A DNA stretch of 64,000 nt from Haliotis rufescens (Eukaryota). The translations under genes and the position numbers were made by a program. Where the stretch lies: contig NW_025963979.1 of the NCBI RefSeq assembly GCF_023055435.1, forward strand, positions 5,394,001 to 5,458,000, written 5' to 3'. Positions within the stretch are counted from its first letter, which is position 1. Every line of letters begins with the position of its first letter. This document shows, piece after piece, positions 53,701 through 63,695 of this stretch. The notes beneath the pieces were generated by a model. It was not told the origin of the DNA. It did no database searches and saw only the letters and a program-made list of their open reading frames with translations.

Positions 53701-55168
53701 GGTGATGGGATGACCCATACGAGTACGCCACCTAGTGATGATAACATCTCGTCAGTGACTGTGGAGAAACTCAGTATACATACAGACATTTCCCTGCCTG
53801 TTATATCGGCATCGGAGGAGCGGTATCGAGGGGGAGTCAGAAAGGTGTCACGGAATGAAGCGGATCAGAGGAGGAAGAAGCGAGGACGCAACTTTGATGT
53901 TGTTAGCAGTTATTCACAACAGGTAGAGAGCCAGTTTCCAGATCTGTGTCAGCGGTAGATCTCAATATATTATTGTATCTCTTAATAAGTACCTGTCTTT
54001 CACCTTTTTGCAGGTTTGAATTTTATGTTTGCCGAATATATTCCATTACACATCAATAGATCTTGAACTGTGAATGTTCCAAAATTTCAACTTTCCTACT
54101 TGTTCATAAATCCCAATTTGTCAGAAATTCTTCGTTCGCAAACAAACAACCATATAGCCATCAGGTTATTCACATTATTTAAAGGTAAATTGAAAATCTC
54201 AACATGCTCAAACTCATCTGTCCCATGTGCAAGTGAGCGGTATATGATATCTTTGGGCAGTGTTATGATAACCAGGACACCTGCCAACTGCATGTATAAT
54301 TAAATACATGAGCACACTCTCTTCTGATAAAATCCCAACATGCATATTATGTGCAAGGGAATGAACATCTAAATGAAGATAGTGTTACATCATTTTTCAG
54401 CTTATCATTGCTTCTGCTATTTCAAATTTGCAGCGTCTCAATTCTAAGAAGACAACAGCTACAAACAGTAACAAGTACATTGGCCGCAGCAAAGGTGAGA
54501 TAACTCTGTCTGTACTAGCAATGCCTATTCCCCAAATGACAATTACTGACTACAATAGTGCCTGTGTTGTGTCAGAAAATATTTTCTACAAAAGTATGTA
54601 TTACAAAATGTGTTCAAGAAATTGTGAGAGACGTTAGATGATATATTATGCAGGGTTTTACATGATGCAGAAATGTGTGTCCAGTGAACACAAATGTATA
54701 GAATGGATGCAGAAACAGATATCTATTGCATCCTGAGAGACGCACAATATCATTATTTATTGTACCAAATTCTTGACCAGAAATATGAAGTTTCCTTTAC
54801 AAAAGTAATTATTAAAACTTACTGTACACTACACTATTTCATTACTTTACAGGACCCTCATGTTTTCTTTAAGGTACCCTTGAAATTAGTAATTGGACCC
54901 TCTCTGGAACCCTCGTTAAGTAAGTCAAGGTAAAACCCTGTATTATGTGTCTTGTAATTTTTAACCATGAAAACATATATTTGTGAGAGTACCTTGTCAC
55001 TTAATCTGTATACAATCTATAATTCCTATTTCTGTTGCAGGCTCTGACTCCTCTGCTGTCAGCACACCTCAGCAACAGCCTCGGCGAGACCGCAAGGCTC
55101 TACCCACAATTCCTGGCTCCTACAGGAAGGAGACAATCCATGTTACAGGGTTTCACTTGCCACGGTGA
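10419..55168 (+). CDS. KIF19: Kinesin-like protein KIF19 (kinesin-8), spliced CDS of 18 exons in window (about 895 aa); first coding exon not located
   Basis: Joined exons give motor motifs VACRIRP, FAYGATGAGKT (P-loop), [18 protein letters not shown] (switch I), DLAGSER (switch II), [16 protein letters not shown] and [15 protein letters not shown]19-type segments include [40 protein letters not shown] and [13 protein letters not shown]. All introns are GT-AG with consistent phases; 2688 nt ending in TGA at 55166-55168. Confidence 0.95.
10535..11165. repeat. Low-complexity self-complementary TGTCATGA/TGTCATCTG repeat
   Basis: Degenerate repeats of tgtcatgaca / tgtcatctgtg starting about 36 bp after the E1 donor. 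Confidence 0.85.
11888..12855. repeat. Minisatellite, 39/40-bp unit, about 24 copies
   Basis: gagaggtttccccctgtagggtgtatcagtggggtatgtg. Confidence 0.97.
13197..14256. mobile_element. Non-autonomous DNA transposon with hAT-like termini
   Basis: Perfect 13-bp TIR CAGACCTGTCAAC ... GTTGACAGGTCTG; subterminal TCTCCC/TCTCGC motifs; TSD not intact. Confidence 0.65.
14761..16635. repeat. Minisatellite, 37-bp unit, about 50 copies
   Basis: gagaatgtgaccatttcaccagcaacccgctctgtgg; degenerate edge copies; cctgctaggg variant block at 3' end. Confidence 0.97.
17088..17373 (-). mobile_element. tRNA-derived SINE family C
   Basis: A/B-box-like head on minus strand; (ACTC)n tail; TSD AAACTCTTTGA at 17077-17087 and 17374-17384. 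Confidence 0.8.
17668..17780 (+). mobile_element. Decayed copy of SINE family B
   Basis: Aligns to 62655-62770 with many CpG>TpG changes. Confidence 0.6.
19881..21942. mobile_element. Non-autonomous Kolobok-like DNA transposon (2062 bp)
   Basis: 82-bp TIRs with 3 mismatches, AGGGGCACTG...CAGTGCCCCT; TTAA on both sides. AGG termini plus TTAA fit Kolobok/T2 rather than piggyBac (CCY). No transposase ORF. Confidence 0.85.
22286..22985 (+). mobile_element. Helentron-associated (HINE/DINE/pearl-like) non-autonomous element
   Basis: GTCT/GTCC microsatellite near 5' end, about 169-bp internal repeats, 3' hairpin gccccatggcaggggc and T-run; 5' fragment repeated at 29076-29190. Confidence 0.6.
24897..24969 (+). 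mobile_element. 5'-truncated SINE family B copy
   Basis: Matches the 3' half of 62655-62822; 14-bp TSD TCATTGAACAATGG. Confidence 0.8.
25511..25641. mobile_element. Small decayed MITE (GGxGGATCC...GGATCCG termini)
   Basis: Imperfect terminal inverted GGATCC motifs. Confidence 0.4.
27495..29072. repeat. Minisatellite: 37/38-bp unit with 34-bp variant block at 3' end
   Basis: tagtaccaacattgtttcactgtagatgtaaaatattg, then gtagtaccaacagtgtttcactgttataacagag. Confidence 0.97.
29672..29782 (+). CDS. KIF19: KIF19 exon E2: [37 protein letters not shown]
   Basis: ttcacag|ATG ... CAG|gtagga; 111 nt; kinesin-8 loop 2. Confidence 0.95.
30690..31900. repeat. Minisatellite, 44-bp unit, about 27 copies
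   Basis: ccatggtccgtcagggccaggctcaaataccatcacaccgtcga. Confidence 0.97.
31960..32012. repeat. (ACTC)n microsatellite
   Basis: About 13 perfect units. Confidence 0.95.
33040..33755. repeat. Minisatellite, 30-bp unit with 90-bp higher-order trimer
   Basis: gagtaaacatgtccagattagcaagggcca variants recurring in A-B-C order. Confidence 0.95.
34376..38765. repeat. Minisatellite: 37-bp unit (about 107 copies) then 31-bp deletion variant (about 14 copies)
   Basis: acatgctgtaagtagggtagtaacattcagtattccc; the 3' block lacks attcag. Confidence 0.98.
39097..39184 (+). CDS. KIF19: KIF19 exon E3: [29 protein letters not shown](G)
   Basis: tttttcag|AAA ... ACA G|gtaggt; 88 nt. Confidence 0.95.
39251..40436. 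mobile_element. Non-autonomous hAT-type element (1186 bp)
   Basis: 15-bp TIR CAGGGATCC(A/G)GAAAT; perfect 8-bp TSD CTTTCAAT at 39243-39250 and 40437-40444. Confidence 0.85.
40885..41021 (+). CDS. KIF19: KIF19 exon E4: (G)AGKTHTMLG...VSMSYLE
   Basis: gttgcag|GT ... GAG|gtattg; 137 nt; completes the P-loop. Confidence 0.95.
41299..41424 (+). CDS. KIF19: KIF19 exon E5: [15 protein letters not shown]...ARSTDE
   Basis: ttctag|ATC ... GAG|gtcagt; 126 nt. Confidence 0.95.
41688..41770. repeat. (GT)n microsatellite, interrupted
   Basis: Direct inspection. Confidence 0.9.
41901..42170 (-). mobile_element. Retroposon family A copy
   Basis: Reverse complement of 2014-2266; imperfect TSD TCACTT(A/G)GTT. 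Confidence 0.8.
42193..42462 (-). mobile_element. Retroposon family A copy
   Basis: Reverse complement of 2014-2266; imperfect TSD CACAC(T/A)TGATGA. Confidence 0.8.
42605..42884 (+). CDS. KIF19: KIF19 exon E6: VIQMLMKGN...SSRSH...DLAGSER...GNCINAL(S)
   Basis: tgtcag|GTG ... CTT A|gtaagt; 280 nt; switch I, switch II and helix alpha4. Confidence 0.95.
42823..44050 (+). repeat. 15-copy 81/83-bp tandem repeat of the E6 exon end plus 5' splice site
   Basis: GTAAGT at 42885, 42968, 43051, 43134, 43217, 43298, 43381, 43464, 43545, 43628, 43709, 43792, 43875, 43956 and 44037. Confidence 0.97.
44478..44662 (+). CDS. KIF19: KIF19 exon E7: (S)[21 protein letters not shown]...AKHIKTK
   Basis: ccgcag|GT ... 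AAG|gtagaa; 185 nt. Confidence 0.95.
44896..45046 (+). CDS. KIF19: KIF19 exon E8: neck / coiled coil [25 protein letters not shown]...IQAVQ
   Basis: gtgcag|GTG ... CAA T|gtgagt; 151 nt. Confidence 0.93.
45054..46285 (+). mobile_element. Non-autonomous pogo/Tc1-like element
   Basis: TIR CAGTGCTCCCTCGCTA ... TAGCGAGGGATCACTG; TA on the left, right TA not intact. Confidence 0.75.
46495..46975. repeat. About three diverged 160-bp units, HINE/pearl-type internal repeats
   Basis: tgtgcaac..taacttgaaaactacttcatagatt...aataggagaggtgcagtg recurring near 46503, 46666 and 46820. Confidence 0.6.
47406..47502 (+). CDS. KIF19: KIF19 exon E9: (S)[31 protein letters not shown](R)
   Basis: ccacag|CG ... 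AG|gtttga; 97 nt; phases 1/2 fit neighbours. Confidence 0.9.
48150..48227 (+). CDS. KIF19: KIF19 exon E10: [25 protein letters not shown](E)
   Basis: ttgcag|G ... GA|gtcagt; 78 nt. Confidence 0.9.
48526..48593 (+). CDS. KIF19: KIF19 exon E11: [22 protein letters not shown]
   Basis: ttgcag|G ... G|gtacct; 68 nt; needed to bridge phase 2 to phase 1. Confidence 0.85.
48715..48878 (+). CDS. KIF19: KIF19 exon E12: (D)[21 protein letters not shown]...KKLEE
   Basis: ttccag|AT ... GAG|gtacgt; 164 nt; coiled coil. Confidence 0.92.
49311..51540. mobile_element. Older decayed TIR element interrupting a family C SINE remnant
   Basis: Degenerate ends (tgggctaaaa...ctcaggc / gcctgagg...aagcctaa); SINE C halves at about 49257-49311 and 51556-51645. 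Confidence 0.55.
49492..50618. mobile_element. Non-autonomous pogo/mariner-like element with CCGTA termini, nested
   Basis: TA|CCGTATATC ... GATATACGG|TA; about 22-bp imperfect TIR. Confidence 0.75.
51682..51895 (+). CDS. KIF19: KIF19 exon E13: IIPQRIG...[12 protein letters not shown]...[14 protein letters not shown]
   Basis: ttccag|ATC ... ACA G|gtgtgt; 214 nt. Confidence 0.93.
52201..52304 (+). CDS. KIF19: KIF19 exon E14: (D)[16 protein letters not shown]...DTPK
   Basis: ccacag|AT ... AAG|gtagga; 104 nt. Confidence 0.9.
52779..52828 (+). CDS. KIF19: KIF19 exon E15: [16 protein letters not shown](G)
   Basis: cttcag|CCA ... GG|gtaggt; 50 nt; bridges phase 0 to phase 2. Confidence 0.75.
52961..53280 (+). 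mobile_element. tRNA-derived V-SINE (RUDI-like), family D
   Basis: A/B boxes; V-domain-like GTCATACCAAAAGA...GATGGTACTTG...GGCACTCAGCAT (family name from memory); homologous to 63351-63695. Confidence 0.8.
53358..53922 (+). CDS. KIF19: KIF19 exon E16: long low-complexity tail exon [12 protein letters not shown]...SSYSQQ
   Basis: ttgtag|C ... CAG|gtagag; 565 nt open frame (ORF 53317..53958). Confidence 0.85.
54434..54494 (+). CDS. KIF19: KIF19 exon E17: [20 protein letters not shown]
   Basis: ttgcag|CGT ... AAA G|gtgaga; 61 nt; phases 0/1 fit. Confidence 0.75.
55041..55168 (+). CDS. KIF19: KIF19 terminal coding exon E18: (G)[18 protein letters not shown]...GFHLPR*
   Basis: ttctgttgcag|GC ... 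TGA; phase 1 fits. Confidence 0.8.
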
Positions 55169-56531
55169 ACAGGCGTAACCTTCACCCTTGTGGACACAGG
55201 TCAGGGAAGGATGCCTGTTGACCTTACATGACCATGACCTTGATTTAAGTGTGGCTTGAAGATGATGTCATTACAAATAAGAAGGCCAATATCGTTAAAA
55301 CGTAAGACAAGTGAATTAATTGTTGCAATTAATTCTTTTATGTCCATACATGCTATCTTGCATAATTTGTATTCTTTTATCAGACCCAGAGTTGTTTGGG
55401 GAAATCATGGACTGTTTGCTCTTTATGGAAAGAATTGTTTAGTGGGCAATGAAATTATAACACATTTTGTTGAATTGGTGTTCAGTTCCTGTTAGGGTAA
55501 GAAGGCACCAGGATTAACTTTTCTCTGAATTCATAATACCAAAGACAGGTAAAGATTATTTTGGTCTCTGTTGATAAATGATTAATTACATTCAATAGGA
55601 AAGGACTATGAATGTAAGTAGACAAGATACATGTAGAGATTTTGGAATATTTATAACAGTAACTGAAGATAAACCAATTTCTCACAAGAGTGTACGAGGG
55701 CCCGACTCTGGTCAGGTTACTGTTGATATTAAGAGCCTGAGCAGATATCTGTGAGAGGGGCTCTCAGTGACAGTTTCTGCTCTGTCATAATACCAAAGCT
55801 TTCGCCAGCAAGATCTTGATGACTCCTGTGCCTTCTGTCTGCTTTTCAGACCCAAATACTGATGCTGTTCAGACATGATACTGTAGGTATTCAGACATAA
55901 TGCTTACAATGTTCAGACAAAATATGTGAAGATATACAGTGGGTGGGGTGGGATGTGGGATTACAATGGACTCATCAATTGAAGAGTCTTGTGTTAAACA
56001 TTGGAGCTGAACATGTTGACAACAAGTGCTGTATTTAATGGTATTTATTTATTTATCCTCATATTCTTGTGTTCCTTTGCTGAGACTTGTATTGACCAGC
56101 ATACACAATGCAGGTATTCCTCTGTACATCTTAACCTCTTTCTCAGGATCTGTTGTATAAATATATATACTTCTTGTTTATGTTGATAGTGATACCACTT
56201 TTATGACTATTTGTGCTAAATATAAAGTGACAGTAAGGAATGTTAACTGTCTTACCTACTTATGGCATATATATATGAAGCTATATAATGAAGCTGTTTC
56301 TTCTCTGCCATTGGAAACAATCATTGACATAAATGTTCAGACTTGTCTTTGTTGAACAAACTGCATGCCTAGAGCAGCACATCTACCCGTTGCAAGCCTG
56401 ATCAAGAACCTTGTTTGCACTAATGAAAACATACCTCTCTAAATATACAATACTAAAACAACATGTAAATTTATGTCTATTTAGTGTTGCTATAATGTTA
56501 TTCTGTACATGAACAAACCACCTTGTTTACA

Positions 56532-56537
56532 AATAAA
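56532..56537 (+). promoter_or_regulatory. Candidate poly(A) signal for KIF19 (alternatives at 57374 and 58206)
   Basis: AATAAA with upstream TGTA motifs and T/GT-rich sequence downstream. Confidence 0.4.
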
Positions 56538-58262
56538 TGTTGACACATTCATTTACTTTAAGTTTTCCGCCGTGTTAGTGCTTGGGAGGGATGCTGTATT
56601 GGTGTTCTGGCAATTGCTCTGCTGTTGATATTGAATGTATTACTGAGATATGTCAGAGGTCCGTCCATTACTATCTCTAACATCACTTCAGCAGGATGCA
56701 GCTACACCAAATGAATTACATGTTCTTGATGTTTCTGTTGAGCTCTCTGAACACTGGTAAAGTCAAATGACAAGTTCCTTTCTTGGGATTATTACAAAGT
56801 CACATTATCTAATGTAGAATGTAAATCATAACCTGACTAGTTTCTGAAAAGCATCTCTCATGAATCAATCTAATTGTTTAAATCAGAATAGCATATTTTG
56901 TTGGCCATTTGTTTTTTGGATAAGCAATGATTCGCTCCAATTCTTTGAGCAAGTAATCAATTTGGTGTGGCCTATTCACTTCAGAGGTGATATCATACAC
57001 TTTTGTGTAAATTTTGATTCGATATCACCACATGTTGCACAAATCAACTTTCATTTATGTATTAACTGATATTCATCAGAAACACGTTGCTGGATTATTT
57101 TTCTGTATTTCCACGCTATCTTGTGTTTGACCGTGGCTGATGCACAATGCTGTTTGTCATCTACTCACTCATTGTGTGAAAGGCAGCTCTGTTTTACAAT
57201 AATTCTTCAATATTTATCATATTTATCATCAGAAGGCTTGTTAATCAACAGAAGAAGGTTAGTTTTTAAGCATCTAATCACAAATTTGAATTATGACCAT
57301 CTTTTCATTCACCTTCATCTATGAACTGACTGATACACTTTGATTTTACTTTAGAGGTAGAGTTGTGTCAAGAAATAAACATTTGATATGATCTGTTATT
57401 ATTGAAGAAATGTTGAACATGTTTGCTACATAAACTGCTGATGTTGTAGGAGTTGCACCTGATCTTTCTTGTGATATGACATATAGGGCTTCCCTCACTA
57501 CTGATTACCATACTGCTGCTGCCTGTGCTACTATGGTAATGACTAGCTTTAACTCATTGCTGCTGCTGATGTAGATTCTTTCAGAAATATCAAGTAGACT
57601 TCTTTCATGTGAGAAAATCATATCATTTCTTTTTTCATAAACAATAATTTATCCTATTTTTCATATTTGAATGAAGGTGGTTTTTTTGTTTAGTAAAATA
57701 TAATTATAACCTTTTAACCTGTAATATATGATGTATATTTGTCATCAAAATAATGTACCACATTTCCCTTAATATGTTACTATATTTCCAATTGTTTCTC
57801 AGTGCATGTAGAGTAATCACAATACGTCCAGTCATTGAAATATATAATGTATGTAGAATACCATACACTTGAAATATTATACATATGCTATGCATACATC
57901 AGATCAAAATGCAAAATATGAAGAATATAACTCCTTTAGGATATGAGTACAACATTTCATTGATGAATCTGTTTGTTTTGTGGTTCAAAAGAACTCACAC
58001 TGCTATTCAGAACCAGTTTGAATGTTGATGCTTACTTTTGGATGTACAGTGTATTTGCAGCAGATAATGCTCTCTTTGGACATTTGCATGTGCTGGACTT
58101 TTGTTTTTGTATTTCGAGATTGTTTCGATAAATTTGAGAAAAGCATAATTTTAGCACATGTTAATGAAGAGGTCCTTCAGAACATGTCATTGTATGATAT
58201 ATTTCAATAAAGTATGTAGAAAACTGTGCCTGAGGTTTTTCATTCAAAAGGTATGCTAAAGG

Positions 58263-60258
58263 AAGGGTTTACAGGGCCACCAGACAGTGTTTACAGGGCC
58301 ACTAGACACGGGGTTTACAGGGCCACCAGACAGTGTTTACAGGGCCTCCAGACACAGTGTTTACAGGGCCACTAGACACTGTTTACAGGGCCACTAGACA
58401 CGGGTTTACAGGGCCACCAGACAGTGTTTACAGGGCCACTAGACACAGGGTTTACAGGGCCACCAGACAGTGTTTACAGGGCCTCCAGACACAGTGTTTA
58501 CAGGGCCACTAGACACTGTTTACAGGGCCACTAGACACAGGGTTTACAAGGCCACTAGACAGGGTTTACAGGGCCACTTGACACAGGGTTTACAAGGCCA
58601 CTAGACACAGGGTTCACAGGGCCTCCAGACACAGTGTTTACAGTGCCACTAGACACAGGGTTACAGGGCCTCCAGACAAGGGTTTACAGGGCCACTAGAC
58701 ACAGGGTTTACAGGGCCTCCAGACAAGGGTTTACAGGGCCTCCAGACACAGGGTTTACAGTGCCACTAGACACAGGGTTTACAGGGCCTCCAGACACAGG
58801 GTTTACAAGGCCTCCAGACACAGGGTTTACAGGGCCACTAGACAGGGGGTCTACGGGGCCTCCAGACACAGGGTTTACAGGGCCTCCAGACACAGGGTTT
58901 ATAGGGCCACTAGACACAGGGTTTACAGGGCCTCCAGACACAGGGTTTACAGGGCCTCCAGACACAGGGTTTACAGGGCCTCCAGACACAGGGTTTACAG
59001 GGCCACTAGACACAGGGTTTACAGGGCCACTAGACAGGGTGTTTACAGGGCCACTAGACACAGGGTTTACATGGCCTCCAGACACAGGGTTTACAGGGCC
59101 TCCAGACACAGGGTTTACAGGGCCACTAGACAGGGGGTCTACGGGGTCTCCAGACACAGGGTTTACAGGGCCTCCAGACACAGGGTTTATAGGGCCACTA
59201 GACACAGGGTTTACAGGGCCTCCAGACACAGGGTTTACAAGGCCTCCAGACACAGGGTTTACAGGGCCACTAGACAGGGGGTCAACGGGGCCTCCAGACA
59301 CAGGGTTTACAGGGCCTCCAGACACAGGGTTTATAGGGCCACTAGACACAGGGTTTACAGGGCCTCCAGACACAGGGTTAACAGGGCCACTAGACACAGG
59401 GTTTACAGGGCTACTAGACAGGGGGTCTACAGGGTCTCCAGACACAGGGTTTACAGGGCCACTAGACAGGGTTTACAGGGCCACTAGACACAGGGTTTAC
59501 AGTGCCACTAGACACAGGGTTTACAGGGCCACTAGACACAGGGTTTACAGGACAACCAGACACAGGGTTTACAGGGCCTCCAGACACAGTGTTTACATGG
59601 CCTCCAGACACAGGGTTTACAGGGCCTCCAGACACAGGGTTTACAGGGCCTCCAGACACAGGGTTTATAGGGCCACTAGACACAGGGTTTACAGGGCCAC
59701 TAGACACAGGTTTACAGGGCCACTAGACAGGGGGTCTACGGGGCCTCCAGACACAGGGTTTACAGGGCCACTAGACACAGGGTTTACAGGGCCTCCAGAC
59801 ACAGGGTTTACAGGGCCACTAGACACAGGGTTTACAGGGCCACTAGACACAGGGTTTACAGGGCCACTAGACAGGGGGTCTACAGGGCCTCCAGACACAG
59901 GGTTTACAGGGCCACTAGACACAGGGTTTACAGGGCCACTAGACAGGGGGTCTACGGGGCCTCCAGACACAGGGTTTACAGGGCAACCAGACACAGGGTT
60001 TACAGGGCCACTAGACACAGGGTTTACAGGGCCTCCAGACACAGGGTTTACAGGGCCACTAGACAGGGGGTCTACGGGGCCTCCAGACACAGGGTTTACA
60101 GGGCCTCCAGACACAGGGTTAACAGGGCCACTAGACACAGGGTTAACAGGGTCACTAGACAAAGGGTTTACAGTGCCACTAGACAGGGGGTCTAAAGGGG
60201 CTCCAGACACAGGGTTTACAGGGCAACCAGACACAGGGTTTACAGGGCCTCCAGACAC
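58263..60258. repeat. Minisatellite, 24-bp unit (22/23-bp variants), about 83 copies
   Basis: gggtttacagggccactagacaca / gggtttacagggcctccagacaca. Confidence 0.97.
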
Positions 60259-61607
60259 ATGGATTTGTGCAGAAACTCCTTGGGTGTGGAGTGCGGTCAG
60301 CCGAGGTGCGTTGGTTGAACCAAACAGTTCAATTCCCAACATGGGTATACACGGTGATGTTGATGGTCCTTTCAGACTAATGTCATTCAGTAAATGGCCT
60401 TGGGAATTGCAGGTAAAATATTCATCACACCATATATGAAGAACTCGGTTAACCTCCTTGTTTGAATACATAGGACATTCATTAGGGACTTTGGGTTCAG
60501 CTGCAGGTGCTGCCCTCTGAGTAAGTTGGAGTTCCATTTTGCCTACACCCTTATTTGCCTACAATGTAACTGTGGGCACATCGGGATTGAAAAAGATTAA
60601 TGTGCACGACTCTAACATGTGTGATTCGTATAGTGATTAAAATAGAATATATGAACTAAATGTTTACATATTATAATTTATGCAATATATGCAACTACTA
60701 CAAAAATATTATTCGGAACACTAAACACACCAAAATGGATGTGATTAACGCATAACCTGCCATCCTCACAACGTCCGGAAACACATGTACATACACAAGG
60801 TGCGAACCAACTTAAGTATCTCCAGAAGTAGTTGGGAAGAAGGGATTACGTATGGTGGGCTTATCACATTTTACCAGGTGTTCTTGAATGGCAGTTGATT
60901 TAAAAGATCAATGGATGGACGTATGAAAGAAATGTAGTTGTTCGGTTAGTTACAATCATCATGCGGATTAGAAGGTAGGCACAATGCGGGAACAGACATT
61001 GGAATCATCCCCTCATTCGGGGATAGGTAGACAATTCATATATGAAATATATCAATCAGCAGACCATATTTTGTTATGAAAGTACAGGCATTTGAGGATG
61101 TAGGGAAAATAAGAAATAAAATTTGTAATTTGTTTGTGAAAATCCCATATGGTCAATGGCGTGCATCTTCCCAAGGCAAGGGAGTTAACTGACTATAACA
61201 GTTCAGTTTTTACTGTACTTTTACAGTCAGTTAACTCCCTTGCGCTGGTAAGATGCGTGGTGGCGTGTGGATGGGATTTTATTTTTGGTTTGGTGTGAAG
61301 TGTGTCGTATGAATGTCTATCTATACAAGGAATCAATTGTATCTTTAAGACGCCTTGGATTTTAGTGTTTATATCAGACATTTCTAACTTGATATAGCTG
61401 CACCTGATATGCAGATGTGTCGTACCGATGCCTCGCACGAAGGTGTCTTTGTAGGTAGGGTTCTGCACGCTGACTTTATGGCTGAAGACTACCGACTACG
61501 ACTACCGGGGAACGTTACGGCTGGAATAACGAGAAACTAGACTCTGTCCAGCTGACAGTCCAAGCAGGTTTCTAGGAAGACTTTTAAGACTATTAAACAT
61601 CTCTTCG

Positions 61608-62373
61608 TTGGCATGCTAAGTCCTATTTCATTACATAGTTTTAAAGATATCAAAATGTCACGTTTTGTTATGATTTCAGTAATTCAATTCCTGATATCTT
61701 GAAACTAAAGTGTTGCCATTATTAAAGACTTCCGCTGATTTACAGATGTCTTCAAATGCTTCCGTCTGTTAAGCAATTTGGGATATGTAGCCGGACAAGA
61801 AGTATTTGAAGATATCTGTAAATCATTTCCCGCCATTTTGGGGACTGGAATAATTCGTGTAATTCCTTCATGTTACTTAAATTAGATAACAGATATCAAT
61901 ATTTGGTATAAAGATATCTTCAAAATAATTAATGATATCTTTATTTTATTTTTTATATCAGTAACGATCAGAATTTATGATATCTTGAATTGTAGTAAAG
62001 ATGTCTCTAATTGAATTAAAGATATCTAAAACGAATTAATGATATCTGTAATGCATTTGTGGATATGTATAACTTATTTCAAGATATATTGAATTGAATT
62101 TAAGATATCTTGAATTTATTTCTAATATATTTATATGTACAGTAGGATGGTAATTGTTTAATGATATCTGAAATACATTTAGAGATATCACAAACTCTGA
62201 ATTTGTTGATATCACCGTAACATTTTAAGATATCAGTAATTGTATTATGGATATCAGAAATGAATTTAAGATATCTTTAAACATTATTGATATCTTTAAA
62301 TAAAATACCGATATCTTTAAAACAATTGAAAATATCAGTAATTCCGTAATAAATATGAAAAAGGCTTGCCATA
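61608..62373. mobile_element. Decayed AT-rich MITE with many GATATC motifs
   Basis: Degenerate termini TGGCA(A/T)GC...GCTTGCCA; GATATC recurring roughly every 20-40 bp. Confidence 0.5.
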
Positions 62374-62654
62374 CGGGTGGCTCGATTTGTCGCAATTCGC
62401 TGGGCAGAGCTACGTCCATGAGACGTGCCTGAAAGCTATGATGGTGGGTTCCGTCCCATATGAAGCTGAAACTCTCTCACTTGGGAGCTATGCACGTGTC
62501 TCGATATAAACATGCATAACATGTTAAGGCCACCATAATTCGTTACATTTTCAATAAGAATTAATATGGAAGGCGCGAGGCATTTATATTTGTTATTTCT
62601 TTTCTAAACGAACTATTTAAGGCATTTGTATACATAACAGTTACTGTCGAAGGA

Positions 62655-62822
62655 GGGGCGGTCGCGAAGCCTAGTGGTTAAAGCGTTCGCTCGTCACGCC
62701 GAAGACCCGGGTTCGAATTCCGACATGGGTACAATGTGTGAAGCCCATTTCTGGTGTCCCCCGCCGTGATATTGCTGGAATATTGCTCAAAGCGGCGTAA
62801 AACCAAACTCACTCACACTCAC
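62655..62822 (+). mobile_element. Full-length tRNA(Asp)-derived SINE family B
   Basis: Head similar to tRNA-Asp(GTC) (ctcGTCacgccgaagacccgggttcgaattcc); (ACTC) tail; perfect 13-bp TSD TACTGTCGAAGGA; CpGs intact. Confidence 0.9.
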
Positions 62823-63350
62823 TACTGTCGAAGGATGCGCTTCACACGCAGCATACGTGTTTAGTGGGTCTACATATATTTCAGTGAAGAAAGTAGGTAC
62901 TCACATATTAGCGATGTCATGTCTGTGGAAACTTAGGACTTGCCTTAGGAGGCAATAAACTAATGTGAGGCGGGCGAGGATACACATATCTATTAATTGT
63001 GTATGGATTAAAGTGGTAGGGCGTGGTCCGATGTACAGCGCACAGGCCACAAATAAAGTAAAGCAACGTTGGTCACGAGAGTCCTTGGATGGGTGATCAG
63101 CTTGATTCCTGCGAGTTTGTTTAGATTCGGTCCAGCCACTACACTGAAGCACGTGTCTTCGTGGGCATGTGACTTTGTGCGAAACATGCATCTGTTCAAA
63201 TTGTTTGATAGGCATGTCCTTGCTTGAGAACGGTATAAGGATCTATACCGAAACGTCGCTTTTCACAGTATTAAAGAAGTTGTTATCCATAAAATTGTGT
63301 CTACCATGCATCTGTTCACCCAGCAGTGAATGTGTAACCGGTAGGATGAG

Positions 63351-63695
63351 GTGAGGTGAAATTGGGTTAAAGGTCGCGTCCAAGATTATTGCACTTATAT
63401 AGCGACGTGCATGCACGTGTGTGCGTGTCTGCTTGTACTAGTCTGGACTGATGCCGACTTATAGTGCTAGCTCACTGACATACCATGCCGAAGTTTAACA
63501 TGAATACCCCACTCAGACACAGTATACTGACTCCGAGCCGACCATTCCTTGTTTTAGCCCCTTAATGCCGAGCGCCAGACAAGGTAACAACAAGTACCAT
63601 CTTTCAACGTCTTTTGGTATGACGCGGCCGGGGAACGAACCCCGGACCTTCCGCTCTCCGGGCGGACGCTCTACCACTAGACCACGGAGGCGGCC
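63351..63695 (-). mobile_element. Full-length V-SINE (RUDI-like), family D
   Basis: Perfect 15-bp TSD AACCGGTAGGATGAG at 63336-63350 and 63696-63710; tRNA head; CpG-rich. Confidence 0.9.

Noticed and set aside
58634-60537. 601-aa GFTGPPDT octapeptide ORF and antisense ORFs
   Set aside because: 24-bp repeat open on both strands; 22/23-bp units shift the peptide register, so there is no sign of coding constraint.
60520-61020. Possible MITE with GCCTAC/GTAGGC motifs
   Set aside because: Termini too degenerate and no TSD found.
62655-62730. tRNA-Asp gene (and tRNA-like sequences at 3541, 52961, 63695)
   Set aside because: No proper acceptor stem seen; the sequences continue into element bodies, most with tails and TSDs.
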